From the NCBI GenBank assembly GCA_026391215.1, contig JAPLDX010000109.1, forward strand, positions 1 to 28,409: a DNA stretch of 28,409 nt, read 5' to 3'. Position numbers and translations under genes: made by a program. Below are positions 11,483-18,276 of this stretch, one piece after another; within the stretch, counting starts at the first letter, position 1; each line of letters starts with the position of its first letter. The notes below the pieces were generated by a model, which was given only the letters and a program-made list of their open reading frames with translations, was not told the origin of the DNA and searched no databases. Origin of the DNA: Bacteroidia bacterium (GTDB lineage Bacteria > Bacteroidota > Bacteroidia > Bacteroidales > VadinHA17).

Positions 11483-12103
11483 ATGAATAAAGATCTGGTG
11501 GTCAGAAAGGTTGAGGAGTACTCAAAAGGGAGTGTCAGCCTATTTGACGGGGGCCACGACTGGTGGCATCTGCACAGAGTGCGGAACATTGCATTGAATA
11601 TTCAATCAGCTGAGGGTTACGGTGATGGTTTTTTGATTGAGATTTCAGCTTTACTCCATGATATTGATGATAAAAAGTTCAGAAATGGTTCCGCATCCTG
11701 TGCAGAAGAGAAGATATCATCTCTTTTAAAGGAGCTTAATGTAGATGAGAACATAATAAGCGAAGTTGTATTCATTAACAAGAATATCTCTTTCAGTTCA
11801 AAGACACAGCCTTCATGTAAATCGACAGAGTTAATGATCGTGCAGGATGCAGACAGGCTGGATGCAATTGGTGCTATTGGAGTTGCCCGGGCATTCAATT
11901 ATGGCGGTTTCATTAACAATCCTGTATATGATCCATCCGGGCAGTTTCCTTCTACAGTAGGTCATTTCTATGATAAATTATTAAAGCTCAAAGGATTAAT
12001 AAACACAGAAACAGGCCGGAGACTGGCAAATGAAAGACATGAATACCTTGAGGCCTTTCTAAGGCAGTTTTACATTGAATGGGAATTTGCCATGCAGAGA
12101 TAA
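11483..12103 (+). CDS. HD-domain phosphohydrolase (YedJ-like)
   Basis: GHDWWHLHRV, ALLHDIDD, VQDADRLDAIGAIGVAR, HFYDKLLKL. Confidence 0.9.
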   Translation: MNKDLVVRKVEEYSKGSVSLFDGGHDWWHLHRVRNIALNIQSAEGYGDGFLIEISALLHDIDDKKFRNGSASCAEEKISSLLKELNVDENIISEVVFINKNISFSSKTQPSCKSTELMIVQDADRLDAIGAIGVARAFNYGGFINNPVYDPSGQFPSTVGHFYDKLLKLKGLINTETGRRLANERHEYLEAFLRQFYIEWEFAMQR

Positions 12104-12118
12104 ATTTGATAGTCCCTG

Positions 12119-12149
12119 TTTGGTAAGAACATTTTTTACAATAAATTTG
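12119..12149 (+). promoter_or_regulatory. Consensus Bacteroidota sigma-A promoter for tRNA-Gly
   Basis: TTTG (12119-12122), 19-nt spacer, TAAATTTG (12142-12149). Confidence 0.8.
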
Positions 12150-12174
12150 CAGCCAGTATGTATTGGTTTATTAG

Positions 12175-12228
12175 GCTGGAATAGCTCAGTGGTAGTCCCG
12201 AATCCTCGGGATCCCAAGCTTAGGGTCG
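12175..12228 (+). pseudogene. Truncated tRNA-Gly copy interrupted by a 16-nt palindrome
   Basis: 12175-12195 matches the 5' end of the adjacent tRNA-Gly at 20/21 and 12212-12228 matches its anticodon-loop/variable region at 16/17; between them TCCCGA-ATCC-TCGGGA replaces AGCATCAGCT. No T-arm. Confidence 0.8.
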
Positions 12229-12240
12229 TTTGATAATAAT

Positions 12241-12312
12241 GCGGGAATAGCTCAGTGGTAGAGCATCAGCTTCCCAAGCTGAGGGTCGCGGGTTCGACCC
12301 CCGTTTCCCGCT
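12241..12312 (+). tRNA. tRNA-Gly (anticodon CCC)
   Basis: Cloverleaf GCGGGAA/TTCCCGC, D-arm GCTC/GAGC, anticodon arm TCAGC-TTCCCAA-GCTGA, T-loop TTCGACC; CCA not encoded. Confidence 0.97.
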
Positions 12313-12322
12313 CAATTCCCAG

Positions 12323-12395
12323 AGCCTCCAATGGGACTCGAACCCACGACCTGCTCATTACGAATGAGCTGCTCTACCAGCTGAGCTAAGGAGGC
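12323..12395 (-). tRNA. tRNA-Thr (anticodon CGT)
   Basis: Minus strand GCCTCCT..GCTC-AGCTGGTA-GAGC, GCTCA-TTCGTAA-TGAGC, GTGGG-TTCGAGT-CCCAT, TGGAGGC-T; CCA not encoded. Confidence 0.95.
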
Positions 12396-12406
12396 ATTAA
12401 TTGCCG

Positions 12407-12414
12407 CAAATATA
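12407..12414 (-). promoter_or_regulatory. -7 element for tRNA-Thr
   Basis: Minus strand TATATTTG, 11 nt upstream of the tRNA 5' end. Confidence 0.7.
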
Positions 12415-12421
12415 GAAAATT

Positions 12422-13660
12422 TCAATCCAATTTATCCAGCCTCTGTAGCAAAGGAGGATGAGAATAGTGAAAAAACACATAAACCGGATGAGGCAACATA
12501 TTGGAAAGGTTTTTCACTGATAGCTTCTTTAAAGCTGAGGCAAGCATATCAGGATCATAAGTTTCCTTAACAAACCTGTCAGCAGCAAATTCATTTTTTC
12601 TCGATATAAAATTGGATATAAGTCCTATTAGCAATGACAACGGACTGTAAAGTATCCCGAACACTATAAGTCCGAGGTGAAAACTTGGATTTTCAGCACC
12701 CAGAGCCTGTGATAATTTCGGATTATCAACTACCAGCGAAAACAGGAAGAGCATAAATCCTGTAAGCAGAACTGAAGAAGCCAGTGTCCGGAGGACATGT
12801 TTCTTCTTATAGTGTCCTATTTCATGAGCCAGGACGGCAACAATCTCATCTTCAGTAAATTCTGTCAGCAGAGTATCGTACAGGACTATCCTTTTCCTGG
12901 GCCCGAATCCCGAAAAATATGCATTGCTTTTTGTACTTCGTTTTGAGCCGTCAATGATATATATATTCCTCAATTTAAATCCGGTGCGGATAGCATATTC
13001 TTCTATCTTGTTCCTTAAAGCACCTTCTTCAAGAGGGGTTTGCTTATTGAAAAGAGGAACAATAAGCTCGGAATAGAAGAGGTTCATAAATATTGAAAAA
13101 GCCGTGATCAATCCCCATGCATACAACCAGAACATGCTACCTGTCTTGTAATAGATCCATGTTATCAGGCTGAGAACAGGCAAACCAATAAGAATAACCA
13201 GGAACCACGACTTAATGTTGTCTGTTATAAAAGTTCTGACAGTCATAGTGTTAAATCCGTACCTTTTTTCGATGACGAAAGTATCGTAACAGCTGAAAGG
13301 GATATTGATTATCTCAGATCCAAAACCTATGATTCCAAAAAATATCAATGCAATGACAATCAGGTTTGCGCTTAATGACCTGGCAATACCGTCAACGAAG
13401 GAGAAGCCCCCTGCAATTATCATGGCAAGTATAACAGCCAGGTTGAATGCAGAGGACCAGAATGATAGCCTTGTATTGTCCTTTTCATACATCTGGGTCT
13501 TCCTGTAATCTTCCTCAAGACATATACCCTTCAGCTTTTCCGGAAGGGTATCGGACCACATTCTCCCGTTAAGATATACAAGATACCTCTCAAGAAGAAA
13601 TCCTGCTAATGGGAATATTATGATCAGAAAGAAGATGGTATTGTACATTTCAGCACCCAT
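12422..13660 (-). CDS. M48 family (Ste24/CAAX-protease-like) membrane zinc metallopeptidase
   Basis: Multiple TM segments, IDGSKRSTKSNAYFSG, HEIGH zinc motif, SRKNEFAAD, YSHPP. The start may be the ATG at 13648. Confidence 0.93.
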   Translation of the reverse strand: MGAEMYNTIFFLIIIFPLAGFLLERYLVYLNGRMWSDTLPEKLKGICLEEDYRKTQMYEKDNTRLSFWSSAFNLAVILAMIIAGGFSFVDGIARSLSANLIVIALIFFGIIGFGSEIINIPFSCYDTFVIEKRYGFNTMTVRTFITDNIKSWFLVILIGLPVLSLITWIYYKTGSMFWLYAWGLITAFSIFMNLFYSELIVPLFNKQTPLEEGALRNKIEEYAIRTGFKLRNIYIIDGSKRSTKSNAYFSGFGPRKRIVLYDTLLTEFTEDEIVAVLAHEIGHYKKKHVLRTLASSVLLTGFMLFLFSLVVDNPKLSQALGAENPSFHLGLIVFGILYSPLSLLIGLISNFISRKNEFAADRFVKETYDPDMLASALKKLSVKNLSNMLPHPVYVFFHYSHPPLLQRLDKLD

Positions 13661-13752
13661 AAAAAAAAGAAGCAGGGTGTCCGTTTAAAATAAGTGTGGA
13701 ATAAATATGTCTCGCTGCATTTCCTCGTGCTAAAAGGATAGACACCCTGCGG
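13661..13752 (-). ncRNA. Candidate ~90-nt structured RNA (long closing stem plus U-tract)
   Basis: Perfect 10-bp inverted repeat GCAGGGTGTC/GACACCCTGC (13672-13681, 13741-13750) enclosing 59 nt, followed on minus by TTCTTTTTTTT; near-consensus -7 element TATATTTA at 13757-13764. Confidence 0.5.
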
Positions 13753-13774
13753 ACTGTAAATATAATATATATTT

Positions 13775-14521
13775 TTAAGTTAACATACCTCCGCAGACAT
13801 GAATTGTTTGTCCGGTTATATAAGACGACAGGTCGGAAGCCAGGTAAAGCGCTGTATTTGCCACATCCTGAGGGGTTCCGCCGCGTTTCAGGGGAATTTT
13901 ATTTGCCCAGTCCTTTTTTACCTCTTCAGGTAATTTTTCTGTCATTTCAGTCAGAATAAATCCCGGCGCGATGGCATTGCATCTTATGTTTCTTGAACCG
14001 ACCTCTTTTGCAATACTTTTTGTAAAACCAATGATCCCTGCCTTGGAGGCGGAATAATTACATTGTCCCGCATTTCCTGATACTCCTACCACTGAGCTCA
14101 TGTTGATTATTGATCCGTTCTTCTGTTTGAGCATGACCGGAATTATGGCTTTTGTAACATTGAATACAGACTTCAGGTTGACGGTAATAACTGCATCCCA
14201 CTGATCTTCAGACATCCTCATAAGCAAATTGTCGCTGATAATTCCTGCATTATTGACCAGTATATCTATTTTCGTAAAATCCCTGACAACCTCATTTATT
14301 ACTTTTTGCGAATCTTCAAAGCTGGCTGCGTTGGAGACATAACCTTTTGTCTTTACCCCCAGGGCTTCAATTTCCATTACAGCAGCTTTGAATTCATCAT
14401 CATCGGCAATGTTGGTAATAGCGATATCAGCGCCTTCCTTAGCATATAACATGGCTATTGACTTGCCAATACCTCTTGATGCTCCGGTAATGAGCGCTGT
14501 TTTCCCATTTAATAGTCCCAT
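13775..14521 (-). CDS. fabG: 3-oxoacyl-ACP reductase FabG
   Basis: TGASRGIG, NNAGI, YSASK, NAIAPGFI. Start moved to the ATG at 14521 (MGLLNGK) because the track's start overlaps a -7 promoter element. Confidence 0.92.
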   Translation of the reverse strand: MGLLNGKTALITGASRGIGKSIAMLYAKEGADIAITNIADDDEFKAAVMEIEALGVKTKGYVSNAASFEDSQKVINEVVRDFTKIDILVNNAGIISDNLLMRMSEDQWDAVITVNLKSVFNVTKAIIPVMLKQKNGSIINMSSVVGVSGNAGQCNYSASKAGIIGFTKSIAKEVGSRNIRCNAIAPGFILTEMTEKLPEEVKKDWANKIPLKRGGTPQDVANTALYLASDLSSYITGQTIHVCGGMLT

Positions 14522-14542
14522 CTTTTTTTTTATAAGTAGGTG

Positions 14543-14550
14543 CAAATATA
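14543..14550 (-). promoter_or_regulatory. -7 element for fabG
   Basis: Minus strand TATATTTG in the sucD-fabG gap. Confidence 0.65.
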
Positions 14551-14557
14551 GAAATTT

Positions 14558-15427
14558 TTAACCCAGGACTTTCTTCACAGTTATCCCAATATCAGCGGGT
14601 GATTCAACTACATAGATTCCGCATTTCTTCATAAGCTCCATTTTTGCAGCTGCAGTATCGTTCTTCCCTCCTATTATTGCACCGGCATGACCCATTCTGC
14701 GTCCTTTGGGAGCCGTCTGTCCTGCTATGAAGCCTACTACCGGCTTTGTGCCATATTCTTTGATCCATTCGGCGGCTTCATTTTCCATATTCCCTCCGAT
14801 CTCGCCTATTATTACTATCAGTTCAGTTTCCGGATCATTCATCATAAGCTTTACGGCTTCCAAAGTAGTGGTACCTACGACGGGATCCCCTCCTATTCCA
14901 ATGCATGTTGACTGTCCAAGCCCAAGTCTGGTAACCTGATCAACAGCCTCATAGGTCAGGGTGCCCGAACGCGAGATAATTCCTATAGTGCCTTTCTTAT
15001 GGATGAAACCCGGCATGATCCCTACTTTTGCCTCACCGGGAGATATAACTCCGGGACAATTGGGTCCGATAAGACGGCAGTTAAAAGATTTCAGATATTC
15101 TTTTACCATAACCATATCCGAAACCGGTATCCCTTCAGTAATTGTCACTATAAGCTTTATACCCGCATTTGCCGCTTCCATAATAGCGTCAGCAGCAAAT
15201 GCGGGAGGAACAAAAATTACTGAAACATCTGCTGAAGTCTCTTTAACAGCCTCTCTCACAGTATTGAAAACAGGTAACCCGAGATGTGTCTGTCCACCTT
15301 TTCCTGGAGTAGTGCCGCCAACCACCTTTGTACCGTATTCAATCATCTGGGTGGCATGAAATGTACCCTCGCTTCCAGTGAATCCCTGTACAATAACTTT
15401 TGAGTCCTTGTTTAACAAAACGCTCAT
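14558..15427 (-). CDS. sucD: Succinyl-CoA synthetase alpha subunit
   Basis: [34 protein letters not shown] (phospho-His). Confidence 0.97.
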   Translation of the reverse strand: MSVLLNKDSKVIVQGFTGSEGTFHATQMIEYGTKVVGGTTPGKGGQTHLGLPVFNTVREAVKETSADVSVIFVPPAFAADAIMEAANAGIKLIVTITEGIPVSDMVMVKEYLKSFNCRLIGPNCPGVISPGEAKVGIMPGFIHKKGTIGIISRSGTLTYEAVDQVTRLGLGQSTCIGIGGDPVVGTTTLEAVKLMMNDPETELIVIIGEIGGNMENEAAEWIKEYGTKPVVGFIAGQTAPKGRRMGHAGAIIGGKNDTAAAKMELMKKCGIYVVESPADIGITVKKVLG

Positions 15428-15531
15428 AAATATCTTATTATTAATAAAATAAAGATAAATACTTTAGAATTGATATAATTTTTCTCATAAGAGGTCAGTT
15501 TCAAAAATACCGAATTATTGTCTGTTTTCAC

Positions 15532-15539
15532 TATATTTG
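15532..15539 (+). promoter_or_regulatory. -7 element for the AraC regulator
   Basis: TATATTTG 19 nt before the ATG at 15559. Confidence 0.65.
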
Positions 15540-15558
15540 ATTATTAAAATTATTTAGC

Positions 15559-16680
15559 ATGATCAATCTGGATCCCATATTATATATAGGTATATCTCAA
15601 TCGTTTTTTGCAGGAGTGCTCATATCAACAAAAAAGCCGGCAACAACGGCAAACAAGCTTATGGCGGCATGGCTTTTTCTTATTTGCACTGAAATGATTA
15701 TTGCTTTGATCAATTCCAATGTCATTGAGATGTATGCGTTTCCTTTTGTTGTATTCACGTATGGTCCGCTGCTCTATTTATATGTTCAGTTCATGACAGA
15801 TCCGGAGAGGAAATTCAACTGGTTGTCATTGATCCATTTCATTCCTTTCATTGTATTCCTTTCTGTTTCAGTTGTATTCAGGGATATAACACTGGTTAAA
15901 GATCTAAGGAGCTTTTTCGCTCCTGACAGGTTTATCTCATTAAGGATCATCTACAGTACATGTTTCTTCCTTTCAGTTACAGTATATAGCATCCTCTCAT
16001 TTATTGAGATAAGCAAACACCAGAAAAAGCTTAAGGACCTTATTTCATATACATCCGGGATGATCACTCTTAACTGGCTGAAGATATTATCAATAAGCTA
16101 TTATGTGGCATTCCTTATACTTTTCATACTTGGAGGACTCAACATGATTGGCGATTTTATCCCGTTTGATCCATATTTTGTAGTGTTTGCATTTATTACC
16201 ATCTTCTCCTTTGCATATAGCTTTTACGTTATTAAGCAGCCGGTTATATACGGACAGGAAGTAAAAATTAAGGAAGAAGACAGAAAAGAAAGCGAAAAGT
16301 ATGCAAAGAGCGGACTGAAGGAAAAACAAGCAACAACTTATCTTGATAAGCTGATCTCAGTCATGGAGACTGAAAAACCATATCTCAACAGGGATCTCAG
16401 CATCCAGGATCTCTCAGATATGACTGGTATTCCCCGTCACCACCTAACACAGGTACTGAATGAGAAGCACAGAAAGAACTTCTTCACATTTATTAATGAA
16501 TACAGGGTACAGGAAGTCATTTCAAGATTCAGTAATCCCAGGAACAATAATTATACTATCCTTGCAATTGCCTATGATGCCGGATTTAATTCTAAAACCA
16601 CCTTCAATTCCATTTTCAAAAACCAGACTGGAATGACTCCCAGTGAATACAGGGAAAAATCAACCGGAATCAAAGAATAG
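15559..16680 (+). CDS. Membrane-anchored AraC-family transcriptional regulator
   Basis: About 7 hydrophobic segments in the N-terminal ~225 aa (YGPLLYLYV, HFIPF), then KYAKSGL and an AraC HTH (NFFTFINEYRV..IAYDAGFNSKTTFNSIFK..GMTPSEYR). Confidence 0.92.
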   Translation: MINLDPILYIGISQSFFAGVLISTKKPATTANKLMAAWLFLICTEMIIALINSNVIEMYAFPFVVFTYGPLLYLYVQFMTDPERKFNWLSLIHFIPFIVFLSVSVVFRDITLVKDLRSFFAPDRFISLRIIYSTCFFLSVTVYSILSFIEISKHQKKLKDLISYTSGMITLNWLKILSISYYVAFLILFILGGLNMIGDFIPFDPYFVVFAFITIFSFAYSFYVIKQPVIYGQEVKIKEEDRKESEKYAKSGLKEKQATTYLDKLISVMETEKPYLNRDLSIQDLSDMTGIPRHHLTQVLNEKHRKNFFTFINEYRVQEVISRFSNPRNNNYTILAIAYDAGFNSKTTFNSIFKNQTGMTPSEYREKSTGIKE

Positions 16681-16877
16681 GCGACCGGCAACTGACATCA
16701 GGCATCAGGTATCAGAAAATCAGTATAATATGAACAGTAGCTGGCAGCCGGACTCAGGTAGCCGGAAGTACATTCCAAGCGGGACGAACAAACTGATGTC
16801 ATTTTACAGGTTCGGGAAAGCCGGATGAGACGACGCGTCTTAAATTATATTATTCTTTTGTACAAAAAAGTGTTTTC

Positions 16878-18272
16878 ATGAATAATATAATTGCACGACT
16901 TACTCTGATATTTTTATTATTCCCGTATGTTCTGAACGGACAGTCTGATCCGGAAAATGCTACTCAATCTGAAGCAAGCCGAATTATATATGGATTTGTA
17001 CGGGGTGGACTTTACGGAGGAATTGATAATGAGGATGATGATAAACCTTACATCCCCAGTGCATTTGCTGATCTTGGTCTCAAGATAGAAACCGAAGAGG
17101 GAAAGATGTTTAATGCATATGCTGATCTTCGTTTCCGCTACGGGACTGAGTTTCGTGAGCCCGTCAACAGGTTTGATATCAGGGAAGTATACGTCGGGAT
17201 AAATGGTAAGAAATGGGATATTACAGCAGGCCAGAAAATTATCAAATGGGGCCGCGCCGATTTTACCAATCCAACATCAAAATTCAGCCCGCAAAACCTT
17301 ATCTCCCGTTCACCGGACAAAGAGGATATGGATATGGGCAACCTGCTTGTCAATGCCAGGTGGCATCCGTTTCCCCAGCTTACTCTTGAGGCTGTGGTAA
17401 CCCCTTACTACAGATCGTCGGTTCTGATGATAGATCCTATACCACTTCCCTCTTACGTAACAATAAATCCCATAAATTCCCTTATGACCGGGAATGATAT
17501 GTTCGGTTACGGATTAAAAGCCAATATACACTTAACAGGTGCTGATATGAGCCTTTCATGGTTTGATGGTTATGACCCTATGCCGGGAACTGCCCTTACG
17601 CGTTTCAGTCTTAATCTCACAGATCCTATACCTGTTCCTTATACCGAGCTAACCATGAAACCTTATAAGATAAGGAATATTGGTTTGGACTTTGAGACAA
17701 CTTTAGGAAGCATAGGTATAAGGGGTGAAGCCGGATGGTCACTACCTTATGATTCATACAAGACTTTTGAATATGTAGCCTGCCAGGAACTGGAATGGGC
17801 TGCAGGAATCGACTGGATGCCCGGAAACTGGAGAATTACTGCTGAATATTCCGGAAAGTTTATACCAGATTTTGAAGAGTCTGCTGTTGATCCCATAATC
17901 GGATCAGAATTGGACCTCTCCCAAATGGGTGCATTAATGGCAACACCTGGATTTGACCTTGCTGAATATGTTCGTCAGCAGGTAGGCGCCTTCAACCGGC
18001 TATACAATTACCAGCTTAAAAAATTGTATCATTCAGCTGGAATAAGGATTGAAACCGATCTTTTGTATGGCAAGCTGACTCCGTCGCTTACCTCACTGTT
18101 TAATTTCACTTCCCGTGATTTTCTTGTAATGCCGGAAGTTATTTATAAGCCTGCTGATGGCCTTACGATAAGTCTTGGTGGTGAATTTTACTCAGGCAGG
18201 GAAGGATCTATTTACGATATAGTGGATGAATTTATGAATTGTATCAGGGTATCCCTGAGAGTAGATTTCTAA
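16878..18272 (+). CDS. Putative outer-membrane beta-barrel protein (DUF1302-like)
   Basis: Signal peptide, alternating aromatic beta-strand pattern, 'REVYV...GQKIIKWGRADFTNP' motif, C-terminal Phe (VSLRVDF); next to MMPL and LolA-like genes. Confidence 0.65.
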   Translation: MNNIIARLTLIFLLFPYVLNGQSDPENATQSEASRIIYGFVRGGLYGGIDNEDDDKPYIPSAFADLGLKIETEEGKMFNAYADLRFRYGTEFREPVNRFDIREVYVGINGKKWDITAGQKIIKWGRADFTNPTSKFSPQNLISRSPDKEDMDMGNLLVNARWHPFPQLTLEAVVTPYYRSSVLMIDPIPLPSYVTINPINSLMTGNDMFGYGLKANIHLTGADMSLSWFDGYDPMPGTALTRFSLNLTDPIPVPYTELTMKPYKIRNIGLDFETTLGSIGIRGEAGWSLPYDSYKTFEYVACQELEWAAGIDWMPGNWRITAEYSGKFIPDFEESAVDPIIGSELDLSQMGALMATPGFDLAEYVRQQVGAFNRLYNYQLKKLYHSAGIRIETDLLYGKLTPSLTSLFNFTSRDFLVMPEVIYKPADGLTISLGGEFYSGREGSIYDIVDEFMNCIRVSLRVDF

Positions 18273-18276
18273 AGTT

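Noticed and set aside
13661-13752. Assignment of the structured element as SRP RNA or a SAM-II-type riboswitch
   Set aside because: AGGAAATGCAGC only loosely resembles SRP domain IV (no CAGG-stem-GNRA-stem-AGCA), and the downstream gene is unrelated to SAM; kept as an unassigned candidate.
14558-15427. sucD without an adjacent sucC
   Set aside because: Split sucC/sucD loci are usual in Bacteroidota.
16697-16825. Short repeats as a CRISPR array
   Set aside because: Units are 5-7 nt with no spacer structure and no cas genes; no CRISPR array was seen anywhere in the window.
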